Under the pieces are notes generated by a model. The model made no database searches and was not told the DNA's origin. It saw nothing but the letters and a program-made list of their open reading frames with translations. 64,000 nt of DNA, taken from Deltaproteobacteria bacterium. GTDB taxonomy: Bacteria; Myxococcota_A; UBA9160; SMWR01. Positions 19,745-28,699 of this stretch are shown here, in pieces. The stretch covers positions 9 to 64,008 of the forward strand of contig JAHEJV010000001.1 in the NCBI GenBank assembly GCA_024638705.1. Reading direction: 5' to 3'. The first letter of the stretch is position 1, and each line of letters starts with the position of its first letter. The position numbers and the translations under genes are program-made.

Positions 19745-21069
19745 GCGAGCAGCTCTTCGGCGGCGCGCTCGCCCGAGCGGACGGCGCCTTCGGCCGATGG
19801 ATGCATCAGGTAGTCGCCGGCGAAGGCGAGGCGACGGCCGACGCCGCGCCGATCGGACTGTACGCGGCGGAAACGCGCGAGTGCGCGATAGGCGCCCACG
19901 TCGAAGCGCGGAGATCCGTAGCGGTGCCGGAACACGCGGGTGAACTCGACGCTGCTCGCGAAGCCCGACCAGAGGCGGTCGAGCTCGCCGATCAGCTCCT
20001 TCTCGAGGCTCTCGTCCGGCGTCTCCGGGTGCGCGGCGGCGAAGGCGCCGGTGGCCTCGAGCGTCGCGATCCCGCAGCCCGCCGGGACGCGGCTGCCGCG
20101 GAACCCGGGCTCGACGACCGCGCTGGCGAGCGGCGCCGTCGCCTCGGCGCGCAACAACACGCGACGAGCGCGCGCCGTCAGCGGACGGCACAGCGCCGCG
20201 GCCACGCTGAACGACGGCGCGTATCGCACCGCGTCCAGGAACTTCCGCTCCGGGGTCGTGAGGAGCGGGTCGGCGATCACGGCGGCGAGCGGCGCGGGCG
20301 TGGCCAGCACCACGGCGTCGCCGGCGTAGCTGCCGCCGTCGGCGGCGATGGCGCGGAAGCCGCCGTCGGATCCGGGCTCGACCTGCTCCACGCGACAGCC
20401 CGTCACGACGTCGACTCGCTCGGCCGCGCGCTCGATCAGGTCTTCCCAGGGTCCGCGCAACACGCCCGGCCGGGCGAGGCCGTGGGCGCGGAAGTGCTGG
20501 AGGAACTGCACGCGGCTCATCTCCGCGGGGTCGCCGAGCGAGCCGGCACACGCCACCGGCGCCATCCAGCGCTCGAGCACCGTCCTGCCGAAGTAGAGGC
20601 GCGCGAAATCGGCGAGGCTGCGGTCGTCGTATCGATCGGCTTCCTCGGCGGCGCCCAGTTCGAGCGCGGGCCCGTAGCGCGCGAGCAGGCGCGGCAGCCG
20701 CACGAGCCGCGCGGCGTGCAGGCGCCGCACTCCGGGAATGCGCGCGACGTCGCGCAGCGCGCGCAGCTCGACGTCGCGCAGGCTGTTGCGGTCGGCGAAC
20801 GCCGTCGTCACCGGCTTCGGCGGAAGCAGCTCGTCGCGCAGACCGAGCTCGTCGATCCACGCCTGCAGTGCGCGATCGCCGGCGCCGATCAGCGCGTGGA
20901 CCGGCTCGAGCGCGTAACCGTCGACCCGCTCGCCGGCGAGGCGCCCGCCCGGGCGGTCCTCGCGTTCGAGCACGCTGACGCGCGAGCCGTTTCGGGCCAG
21001 CCGCGAGGCGGCTGCGAGACCGGCGAGACCGGCGCCGATCACCAGGACGTGTCGCGGAGGAGTGGGCAC
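19741..21069 (-). CDS. FAD-dependent oxidoreductase (amine oxidase / protoporphyrinogen oxidase / phytoene desaturase superfamily)
   Basis: N-terminal dinucleotide fold VLVIGAGLAGLAAASRLARNGSRVSVLEREDRPGGR. C-terminal FAGDY... motif. Confidence 0.8.
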   Translation of the reverse strand: MPTPPRHVLVIGAGLAGLAAASRLARNGSRVSVLEREDRPGGRLAGERVDGYALEPVHALIGAGDRALQAWIDELGLRDELLPPKPVTTAFADRNSLRDVELRALRDVARIPGVRRLHAARLVRLPRLLARYGPALELGAAEEADRYDDRSLADFARLYFGRTVLERWMAPVACAGSLGDPAEMSRVQFLQHFRAHGLARPGVLRGPWEDLIERAAERVDVVTGCRVEQVEPGSDGGFRAIAADGGSYAGDAVVLATPAPLAAVIADPLLTTPERKFLDAVRYAPSFSVAAALCRPLTARARRVLLRAEATAPLASAVVEPGFRGSRVPAGCGIATLEATGAFAAAHPETPDESLEKELIGELDRLWSGFASSVEFTRVFRHRYGSPRFDVGAYRALARFRRVQSDRRGVGRRLAFAGDYLMHPSAEGAVRSGERAAEELLA

Positions 21070-21102
21070 GGCGGGACGGTAACGGGTCGTTCGTCGGCGG
21101 CG

Positions 21103-21786
21103 CTACCGGCCGTCTGCCGCCCCCGCGAGCACCTTCTCGAGGTGCGGGATCACGTCGTAGAGCGTCTCGAATTGCACGAACGCCTCGCCCCGCTTCTCGA
21201 GCGATTCGGCCAGCGAGTCCTTCGCGAAGGCCGTGTCCGCCGCGAGCGCGCCGCAGGTGTCGGACACGCGGCCGTTGCCGATGTGGACGAGATGCGCCGA
21301 CGGCAGCGCCGCCCGGCACGCGCGCAGCTGCGACGCCTTGCACACGCCCGTGCCACAGCCGCAGCTCGGGTCGGGCGCGCCGGCGCGGATCCGCCAGCGG
21401 CCGTTCTCGAGGTGCAGGTGGTTCGCGGTGTAGTCGAAGCAGACGCCGTGGATCTCCTGGAGCCGGTCGAGGTTCCAGTCGAAGCCGTCGGAGAGGATGC
21501 GGAAGGGCACGCCGCGCGCCTTGCACCAGGCGAGCAGGGCTTCCGCTCCGGGGTCGAGCTCGACGGTGCGGAGGAAGGCGTCGAGCATCTCCTCGTCGAC
21601 CGGGAGATCGTGGAGGATCTCGAGGTTGTACTCCCAGGGCGTGATCTCGCCGCGCTCGTAGCGCGCCCACTGGGTCGGGCGACGCTCGGGCGCGTGACGC
21701 TGCGCGAGCGTCGCGCCGACGTCCTGCACCGAGAACGTGCCGTCGAAATCACAGAAGACGGCGAGCGGGGCGGGCGGGTGGGGCAT
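21103..21786 (-). CDS. HAD-superfamily phosphatase, MtnX-like
   Basis: ATG at 21786. HAD motif I is FCDFDGTF. A Cys cluster (CGCGTGVCK) and GNGRVSD (motif IV region) are present. Architecture resembles 2-hydroxy-3-keto-5-methylthiopentenyl-1-phosphate phosphatase. Confidence 0.7.
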   Translation of the reverse strand: MPHPPAPLAVFCDFDGTFSVQDVGATLAQRHAPERRPTQWARYERGEITPWEYNLEILHDLPVDEEMLDAFLRTVELDPGAEALLAWCKARGVPFRILSDGFDWNLDRLQEIHGVCFDYTANHLHLENGRWRIRAGAPDPSCGCGTGVCKASQLRACRAALPSAHLVHIGNGRVSDTCGALAADTAFAKDSLAESLEKRGEAFVQFETLYDVIPHLEKVLAGAADGR

Positions 21787-21807
21787 CGGACGCGCGAGTA
21801 TAGGCAG

Positions 21808-22686
21808 ATGCCGCTCTCCCGAAAGGAACTCGCGGATCGGCTGCGATCCGCGCGCCCCCTCGTCCTCGACGGCGCCACCGGCACCGAGCTCGAGCGACGT
21901 GGGGTCGCGACGCGGCTTCCGCTCTGGTCGGCCGCTGCGCTCGACACGAATCCCGAGACGATCGTCCGAATTCACGCCGATTACGTCGCCGCCGGCGTCG
22001 ACGCGCTGACCGCCAACACGTTCCGCACCCAGCGGCGCACGCTGGCCCATGCCGGGCAGGGACAGCGGGCGGCCGAGCTCACCGAACGCGCCGTCGCGCT
22101 CGCGCGGCGCGCGGCTGGCGACGCCGTCCGGGTCTTCGGCTCGAGTCCGACCCTCGAAGATTGCTACCACCCCGAACGCGTGCCCGACGATGCCGCGCTC
22201 GCCTCGGAGCACGACGAACACGCGCGGCACCTGGCTGCAGCCGGCGTGGACGCGGTGCTCGTCGAGACGATGAACACGATCCGCGAAGCGCACGCCGCGC
22301 TGCGCGCCGCGAGCGACGCTCGCCTTCCCGCCCTCGCCTCCTTCGTGTGCTGGGACGGCGCGCGTCTGCTCTCGGGCGAAGCGCTCGCCGACGCCGTCAC
22401 CGCCGCGCGCGACTCGGGCGCCTGCGCCGTGCTCGTCAACTGCCTGCCCCCTTCGAACGTCGACGCCTGCCTCGACGTCCTCGCGGACGCCCCGCTGCCC
22501 TTCGGCGTCTACCCCAACCTCGGCGAGCCCGAGGACACCCAGGGCTTCCGCCGCAGCGAAGACCTCTCCCCCGAAGCCTTCGGCCAGCTCGCCGCCGGCT
22601 GGCGCGACCGCGGCGCGAGCGTGCTAGGCGGCTGCTGTGGCACCACCCCCGCCCACCTCGCCGAAGTCGTCCGCCGCTGCAACTGA
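21808..22686 (+). CDS. Homocysteine S-methyltransferase family protein
   Basis: LVLDGATGTELERRG N-terminal motif, NCLPP, and C-terminal GGCCGTTPAHL (zinc-binding Cys pair). Confidence 0.85.
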   Translation: MPLSRKELADRLRSARPLVLDGATGTELERRGVATRLPLWSAAALDTNPETIVRIHADYVAAGVDALTANTFRTQRRTLAHAGQGQRAAELTERAVALARRAAGDAVRVFGSSPTLEDCYHPERVPDDAALASEHDEHARHLAAAGVDAVLVETMNTIREAHAALRAASDARLPALASFVCWDGARLLSGEALADAVTAARDSGACAVLVNCLPPSNVDACLDVLADAPLPFGVYPNLGEPEDTQGFRRSEDLSPEAFGQLAAGWRDRGASVLGGCCGTTPAHLAEVVRRCN

Positions 22687-22703
22687 TCGAGAGGCGCACC
22701 GCG

Positions 22704-22813
22704 CGGGTCGGGTGCGGGGAGGGACGTCCCCGATGTTCAGCGCGCCATGCGCCCGGAAGAACAGAAGACGCCCGCCGGCCAGGTAGGGGACGTCCCTCCC
22801 CGCACCCGACCCG
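22704..22813. repeat. Perfect inverted repeat (28-29 bp) with a 54-nt spacer. Each arm contains the palindrome GGGGACGTCCCC.
   Basis: Left arm 22704-22731 is CGGGTCGGGTGCGGGGAGGGACGTCCCC. Right arm 22786-22813 is its exact reverse complement. One further pair (22703/22814) extends the match. Confidence 0.95.
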
Positions 22814-22996
22814 CACCCACGCCATTCCCGACGAGCGCGCAACTCCGACCGCGCGGCGTCGCGCAAGTGACGCGAATTGTGTCACTGGCCACACAGCCGC
22901 TGCCGGCCCGATGCCGCATCGCCGATGCGCAGCCAATCCCGAATCCCTCACGAGGACGCGGGCTTGAAAGCACCCCCCGCATGCGCAACCGGGAGC

Positions 22997-23012
22997 TGGC
23001 ACACGCCTTGCT
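22997..23012 (+). promoter_or_regulatory. Sigma-54 (-24/-12) promoter consensus match with no downstream CDS
   Basis: TGGCAC-acgcc-TTGCT, with GG and GC exactly 12 nt apart. It lies in the 527-bp gap between convergent genes. Confidence 0.5.
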
Positions 23013-23050
23013 CTAGGAAAGGCTCGTAACGAGTCCGATTGTCCGCTGTG

Positions 23051-23100
23051 CCCGGGCCGGCAGCCCCTCCCCTCGCAGAGATGCGAGGTGCCGGCCCGGG
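23051..23100 (+). other. Strong compound hairpin downstream of the orphan sigma-54 promoter
   Basis: CCCGGGCCGGCA ... TGCCGGCCCGGG forms a 12-bp outer stem. It encloses the 7-bp inner stem CCTCGCA-gaga-TGCGAGG. Confidence 0.85.
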
Positions 23101-23213
23101 CCGACTCGCTTCAGGGGCCGGATCGAGCCGGCGACGCGGCGATCACCCGTGCACGGGCCCCCGTCGCTCGCCCTCCGGCTCGCTTCGCGTCGGCCGACCC
23201 TCGAGTCGGCCTG

Positions 23214-24500
23214 CTAGCGCCGACGCGGCTCCTTCACGCCGATACACACCAATGTGAACGCGATCGCCTGGCAGGCGACGGCGGCCCAGATCACCGGCAC
23301 CTGTCCCACGGCAACCGCGAGCAAGCCGCCCGCCAGCGAACCGATCGCGGCGACCAGCTCCGAGGCCGAGTTCGCGACGGCGATGCGCATGGGCAGGTTC
23401 TGTCGCGAGCCGAACTCGAGCACCAGGCTCTGGGCCGACATCTGGAAGCCGCCGAGCCCGAGACCGATCGCCGCGAACACGGCTAGCAGCACCGCGTACT
23501 GGGTGGTGTAGATCAGCGCGACGGCGGCGAGCATCCACACGCCGAGCGCCGCGAGAAAGACGATGCGGAATCCGCGATGGTCGGCGATCGCGCCCCAACC
23601 GAGGTTTCCGACGCTCTGGGCGAAGACGAAGGCGCCGGTCAGCTGACCCAGCTCGGCGCCGCCGATCTCCATCCGCGTGGCGGCGTAGATGACGTAGAGC
23701 GGCACGGCCATCCGACCCATCACCGCGAGCGCGCGCGCTGCGAAGTAGCGCGTGAAGTCGTGGTCGGAGCGCAGGAGCGTGGGCAGGTCGCGCAGCCGAT
23801 CGAAGACGCCGGTCGGTTCGCGCACGTGCGGCGTCTCGGGCTCGCGCACGAAGAGCAGCATCAAGAGGCCGACGCTCGTCAAGGCGAAGGCGAGCAGGAA
23901 GGCCGCGGCGTAGCCGTTGCCGAACACGTCGCGCTCGATCAGGACCTCGCCGGCGAAGATCGCGACGCCGGTGGCCGTCAGTCCCGAGAGCGCGTTGCGC
24001 AGTCCCATCAGACGACCGCGCACGCGCACCGGCACCACCTTCGAAACCAGGAAGTTGAAGACGACGCCCTGGATGCCGAGGAACACGCCGAACAGACCGA
24101 GGAAGACCCACGCGCTCACCAGCGGACCGGGCGGAGCGAGCAGCAGCCCCCCGAGCGCGAGCCCGAGGATCATCACGCGCATCATCGCGCCGACGAAGAA
24201 GCCCACGGGCAGCACGCGCCGGCGGTGCTCGATCCACGTCGCGCCGACCACCGGCGAGAGGAACATCCCCAGGTATTGGAGCGCGCGCGCCAGGCCGACC
24301 GCCCACTCGGCGCCGGCGAGGCCGAAGATGTAGGGCGGGATGAACGTGGGCGCGTTGATCAGGCGCATGCCGGTCTGCCCGAGCAGACCATGCGCGAGGT
24401 GCGCCAGATAGTTGCGACGCAGGTTCGCGTCGACCTCGCTCTGGAAGGCGGCTTCGCGCGCCGCGACGACGGACTCCTCGCTGGCGCCGGCGGCGCTCAT
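23214..24500 (-). CDS. MFS transporter
   Basis: 428 aa, about 12 predicted TM helices with MFS-like loop motifs. The ATG overlaps the folC stop (ATGA). Confidence 0.85.
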   Translation of the reverse strand: MSAAGASEESVVAAREAAFQSEVDANLRRNYLAHLAHGLLGQTGMRLINAPTFIPPYIFGLAGAEWAVGLARALQYLGMFLSPVVGATWIEHRRRVLPVGFFVGAMMRVMILGLALGGLLLAPPGPLVSAWVFLGLFGVFLGIQGVVFNFLVSKVVPVRVRGRLMGLRNALSGLTATGVAIFAGEVLIERDVFGNGYAAAFLLAFALTSVGLLMLLFVREPETPHVREPTGVFDRLRDLPTLLRSDHDFTRYFAARALAVMGRMAVPLYVIYAATRMEIGGAELGQLTGAFVFAQSVGNLGWGAIADHRGFRIVFLAALGVWMLAAVALIYTTQYAVLLAVFAAIGLGLGGFQMSAQSLVLEFGSRQNLPMRIAVANSASELVAAIGSLAGGLLAVAVGQVPVIWAAVACQAIAFTLVCIGVKEPRRR

Positions 24501-25888
24501 GGCCGCGTCCGTGTGACCGCGACGCGATCGCCGGCCGGTTCACGCAGCACGCGGCGCGCGATTCCCGCGAGATACACCGAGCCCGTGGCGCACAGCGCCG
24601 CGTCGGGGCCCTGCGCCTCCTGCGCCGCGCGCAGGGCGAGGTGCGGGTTGGGAACGACGCGCATCTCGAGATCCGGACGCGCGGCCCGCGCCGCGGCGGC
24701 GACCTCCGCGGGATCGAGGGAGCGCACCGGCTCGGCGCGGGTGAGCGTGAGCGACCGCGCGTGCGGCAGCAGCGCCGCGAGGATCGTGGCGATGTCCTTC
24801 CCCGACGAGACGGAGAGCACGAAGTCGACCGGCTGCGCGATCCGCGCGAGCACCGACGCAAGCGCGCGCGCCGACGCCGCCGTGTGTGCCGCGTCGACGA
24901 TCACCCAGGGCTCGCGCGAGATCACCTCCACGCGTCCGGGAAGTCGCGCCGTCGCCAGGCCCTCTGCGAAGCGACTTCGCATCTCGGTGTCGGAGATCGT
25001 GTCGCCGAGCAGGCGGCGCACGGCGGCGACGGCGAGCGCCGCGTTCGCCGCCTGGTGTTCGCCAAGCGTGGCGAGCGCGCCGCGGACGTCGAAGTCGCCG
25101 TCCCTGATCGCGACCCGGGCGCCCTCGAGCAGATCTCCTTGGACGCGGACGTCCAGCTCGACGCCGAGCCGCGTCAGCGGGCAGCCGAGCTCGGCCGCGC
25201 GGCGCTCCACGACGGCGAGCGCTTCCGGCGCGAGCGCGCCGCACACCGCGGGCACACCCGGCTTCAGGATCCCGGCCTTCTCCCCGGCGATCGCGGCGAG
25301 GTCGTCCCCGAGAATCTCGGTGTGCTCGAGCTCGATGCTCGTGATGCAACAGACCGCGGGCGACACGGCGTTGGTCGAATCGAGGCGACCGCCGAGGCCG
25401 ACCTCGAGCACGACGTGGTCGACGCCGGCGTCGCGGAAGAGCGCGAGCGCGGTGGCCGTCGTGGCGTCGAAGAAGGTCGGGACGGTGTCGCCCCCCGCAA
25501 AGCGCAATGCCTCGACGTGGGGACGCAGCCGCGCCACCGCGTCGGCGAGCCGCTCGGGCGCGACCTCCTCGCCGTCGATGCGGAAGCGCTCGGTCCAGCG
25601 CTCGAGATGCGGCGACGTGAACACGCCCGTCCGCAATCCCGTCGCGCGCAGCAGCGACTCGGCGAAGAGCGCCGTCGAGCCCTTCCCCTTCGATCCCGCG
25701 ACGTGCAGCACGGAGAGGCCGCTTTCGGGCGCACCCATCCGATCGAGCAGCGCGCGGATCGCGGCGAGCGAGAACTTCGAACGCGCATAGCTCTCGCGTT
25801 TCTCGAAGTCGATCAGACCTTCGAGATAGGCGCCGGCCTCTTCGAGGGCGCGTCGCTTCGCGGTGTCGCGATCTTCGGACATTCGCAT
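24497..25888 (-). CDS. folC: Bifunctional folylpolyglutamate synthase / dihydrofolate synthase
   Basis: Mur-ligase motifs VAGSKGKGST (P-loop), TSPHL and LEVGLGGRLDSTN. Confidence 0.9.
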   Translation of the reverse strand: MRMSEDRDTAKRRALEEAGAYLEGLIDFEKRESYARSKFSLAAIRALLDRMGAPESGLSVLHVAGSKGKGSTALFAESLLRATGLRTGVFTSPHLERWTERFRIDGEEVAPERLADAVARLRPHVEALRFAGGDTVPTFFDATTATALALFRDAGVDHVVLEVGLGGRLDSTNAVSPAVCCITSIELEHTEILGDDLAAIAGEKAGILKPGVPAVCGALAPEALAVVERRAAELGCPLTRLGVELDVRVQGDLLEGARVAIRDGDFDVRGALATLGEHQAANAALAVAAVRRLLGDTISDTEMRSRFAEGLATARLPGRVEVISREPWVIVDAAHTAASARALASVLARIAQPVDFVLSVSSGKDIATILAALLPHARSLTLTRAEPVRSLDPAEVAAAARAARPDLEMRVVPNPHLALRAAQEAQGPDAALCATGSVYLAGIARRVLREPAGDRVAVTRTRP

Positions 25889-25920
25889 TTCCGGGGGACG
25901 GACCCGACGCGGGCCCGCCG

Positions 25921-25957
25921 AAAAAGAAAGGACGGGGTGGCCAGAGCCACCCCGTCC
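25921..25957 (-). terminator. Rho-independent terminator for the small Cys-rich gene
   Basis: GGACGGGGTGGC-caga-GCCACCCCGTCC forms a 12-bp stem. On the minus strand it is followed by TTTCTTTTT. Confidence 0.7.
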
Positions 25958-25989
25958 CGATTTCTTCGAGAACGGCTCGCTTCAGGCCG

Positions 25990-26316
25990 TCACTGGACCA
26001 TGTAGCGCTTCCACTGGCGGTATTCCTTGACCGCTTCGCTCGTGGAGCCCGCTGCCGGGAAGAAGAACTTCACGGCATGACCGCACTTCGTGCAGATCTT
26101 GTAGCAGAACTTGAACCCGTCGATCTCGCGGTTCGCGCCCACCATCTCGCGATTCTCGTCGCTGCAACACGCCGAAGCGTTCACCGGCGAGACGATCTTC
26201 TTCGGATAGTCGTTCCGCGCCTTCTCGTCGTCGGTGTACTTGATGATGTTGCGGACGATGCGGTTGGCCTTGGCGTCCGAATTCTGTCTGCGAATGTTGC
26301 TGCCGATTCTTCTCAA
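25990..26316 (-). CDS. Small Cys-rich hypothetical protein (possible zinc-binding), compositionally atypical
   Basis: 108 aa with TTG start 5 nt after GAGGAAG. Cys pattern is CC...C...CxxC (FCYKICTKCGH). Visibly more A/T-rich than its neighbours, with its own terminator. Confidence 0.55.
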   Translation of the reverse strand: MRRIGSNIRRQNSDAKANRIVRNIIKYTDDEKARNDYPKKIVSPVNASACCSDENREMVGANREIDGFKFCYKICTKCGHAVKFFFPAAGSTSEAVKEYRQWKRYMVQ

Positions 26317-26326
26317 CTTTTCTTCC

Positions 26327-27154
26327 TCACGCTTGTACCCCCTCCCACGACGGGGCGATTCCCAGGTCGTGGAGGAGCGGGGTCAAATCTCGATAGGGCG
26401 TTTCGCACGGCGCGCCGTCGGCGTAGAGCAGCGACGGGCGATCGCCTAGCCGTAGCAGGGTGCTACTGCGTGTTCCGTAGGCGCCGGCATGGACACAGGT
26501 GGATTCGAGCGGGCCGGCCGTCGCGTGGGTGCGACAGATCTCGGCGAGACCGTCGAAATCCGCGTCCGCGAACTCCGCATCCGAGCGGGCGCCGTCCGCC
26601 ATCTCCGAGCGGATGCGCGCCAGCTTCGGGGACGCGTCGTCGGGATGGACGTTGCCGACCACGTGGGCGCCCGGCGCCAGGTCGCGACGCTCGGGGACGT
26701 CGGCGTAGGTGACCAGGTGAGCGGACGCGGCGTCGGCGACGAGGAGATTGAACGGGTTGTAGGCCGCCTCGGGGAGGTTCTCGAGCCGGGCGGCAGCGCT
26801 CTTCGCGTCGGCCTCCTCCAGCGCCTCCATCACGAGCCAGCCGCGGGAGCGGCGCGAGGCGTCGGGATGTTCACAGCGTCGGTTCGTCACGGCGGCGAAG
26901 AGTCCTTCGGAGTTGAGGCCGAGCCAGGTCCCGCCTGCGCGCAGATCGCGGGGCGCGACGACGCGCCGAGCCCCGGTCGTCCCGGGCGACTCCTCTCCGC
27001 CGGATCCGAACGCGGGGGAGGCACCGGGAGCTTCGATCGATGTGTCGCGCAGTGCCGGTCCCTCCGTCGGACGCTCGTGGAATTCGTCCCGGTTGGCTGC
27101 CACCACCAGCGGAGCGCCCGGAAAACATCGATGGAGGACGAGGAGAGTGCACAT
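26327..27154 (-). CDS. NRDE family protein (TANGO2-like, DUF833)
   Basis: Starts MCTLLVL (Cys2) and carries the family signature AANRDEF. 275 aa. Confidence 0.85.
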   Translation of the reverse strand: MCTLLVLHRCFPGAPLVVAANRDEFHERPTEGPALRDTSIEAPGASPAFGSGGEESPGTTGARRVVAPRDLRAGGTWLGLNSEGLFAAVTNRRCEHPDASRRSRGWLVMEALEEADAKSAAARLENLPEAAYNPFNLLVADAASAHLVTYADVPERRDLAPGAHVVGNVHPDDASPKLARIRSEMADGARSDAEFADADFDGLAEICRTHATAGPLESTCVHAGAYGTRSSTLLRLGDRPSLLYADGAPCETPYRDLTPLLHDLGIAPSWEGVQA

Positions 27155-27340
27155 CCAGTCAATCGCGTGATCGACCCGTCGATGATTTCGAGGAACTGCG
27201 ACGCCGGGGGGAGGCTCCGGGGGGCTGGAGCGCGGAGCGCCGGCCCTGGCAGATCGGCAAAGTAGCGAAATCGTGAAGGTTTCGCCACTCGACCTGACTA
27301 TTTCACCCCGAGGGGCGCCTGGGAGCGCCGGGAGTGTGGG

Positions 27341-28699
27341 TCAGGAACCCACCAGACGCAGGCCCTCGCCGGCTTCCTCCGACGATTCTTCCTCGTTCGC
27401 CGGCGCCTCGGCCCAGCCCTGGGCGACGCGCGCCCGCGCGGCGCGACGGCGCGCCGCCTCGCGGTCGAGGGCGATGCCATAGCGGGCGAAGACGGTCTCG
27501 AGCTGATCGAAGTTCTGCTCGATCGTGCCGCGCACCGAGTCGAAGCCCTGCTTCACCGCATGCGAGCGCTTCCAGAAGGCGATCGGATTCACGCCGAAGT
27601 AGTCGGCGTCGTTCTCGCGCGGCTCGATCAGGACGATGTCGCCCTGGAAGCGGTCGTCGGCGAGGTAGCGCTGGATGCCGAGCTTGAGCCGCGAGTGGAG
27701 CAGCGTGCGGAACACCTGATTGATGATCGCCTTCATCCCGCGATCGGCGATATAGCGGCCCTCGGCGAAGTAGGAGAGATCGGCATCCTCGTCGTCGATC
27801 CGGTTCAGGAACGGACGGAACGGGTTGTAACAGATGATGAGGTCAGCGCCCTTCTCGATCGCGATGTCGATGTTTGCCGTATGGCGCACGCCGCCGTCCA
27901 CGTAGTCGACGCCGTTGATGCGAGCGGGCTTGTAGAAGATCGGCAGCGCGCTCGAAGCCTGCACGGCCTGGGAGATGGTGAGCTCGCTGCTCTCGTCGGG
28001 GCCGAAGATCACGCGCTCGGCGGTGTCGAGGTCGCAGGCGGTGATGTAGAGGCCCTTGCCCGTCTTGCGTCGGAAGGCGCGGAAGTCGTTCGGGATCTTG
28101 ATGCGCTCGAGGCTGCGACGCGACCAGCGCTCGAGGCTCTCGTTGTCGAAGAAGCCGCCGGGGATGTGATTCATCGGCGACGGGACTTCGCGTTTCGGCG
28201 CGATGTGCTCGATCAATCGCAGCGCCACGCTCTCGAACTGCGTGTAGCTCGGACGCCGGAAGAACTCGCGCAGCGGCCCGCGCACCGCGCTGGGGAGGCC
28301 GGGCACGCCCCGCGCGAAGTCGTAGGCGATGCTCGGCAGATAGGTGGCGAGGTCGTAGGAGAAGCGCGCCGGGCGCGTCAGGAACTCGCGGGTGTTCGGG
28401 TTGTAGAAGTCGGTGGGCTTGAGCTGGTCGAGACGGGTGCTGCTGCCGTCGAGCACCTTCACCATCTCGTCGGGCGTGACCCCCGAGGCGAGCGACGACC
28501 CGAGGATCGCGCCGGCGGAGAGACCGACGTAGAGATCCATGTCGGTGATCTTGCGGTCGACGAGGAAGTCGTTGAGCGCCTTGAGCCCTCCGACCTTGAA
28601 GGCCCCACCCGTCACTGCGCCGCCGGCCAACACCAGCGCCACCTTCGGGTTGGAGACGGGACGCGTCCCGTCGCTCTTGCGGATCAACGTCAATCCCAC
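27341..28699 (-). CDS. Patatin-like phospholipase
   Basis: Oxyanion LAGGAVTGGAF, nucleophile elbow GLSAG (GxSxG), and catalytic Asp in DYVDGGV. Confidence 0.88.
   Translation of the reverse strand: MGLTLIRKSDGTRPVSNPKVALVLAGGAVTGGAFKVGGLKALNDFLVDRKITDMDLYVGLSAGAILGSSLASGVTPDEMVKVLDGSSTRLDQLKPTDFYNPNTREFLTRPARFSYDLATYLPSIAYDFARGVPGLPSAVRGPLREFFRRPSYTQFESVALRLIEHIAPKREVPSPMNHIPGGFFDNESLERWSRRSLERIKIPNDFRAFRRKTGKGLYITACDLDTAERVIFGPDESSELTISQAVQASSALPIFYKPARINGVDYVDGGVRHTANIDIAIEKGADLIICYNPFRPFLNRIDDEDADLSYFAEGRYIADRGMKAIINQVFRTLLHSRLKLGIQRYLADDRFQGDIVLIEPRENDADYFGVNPIAFWKRSHAVKQGFDSVRGTIEQNFDQLETVFARYGIALDREAARRRAARARVAQGWAEAPANEEESSEEAGEGLRLVGS

Noticed and set aside
27341-28699. The patatin-like phospholipase as a CBASS-type or other defence effector.
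   Set aside because: No cyclase, sensor or other defence partner is adjacent. The neighbours are an NRDE protein and an envelope lipoprotein. It looks like a stand-alone lipid-metabolism or housekeeping patatin.
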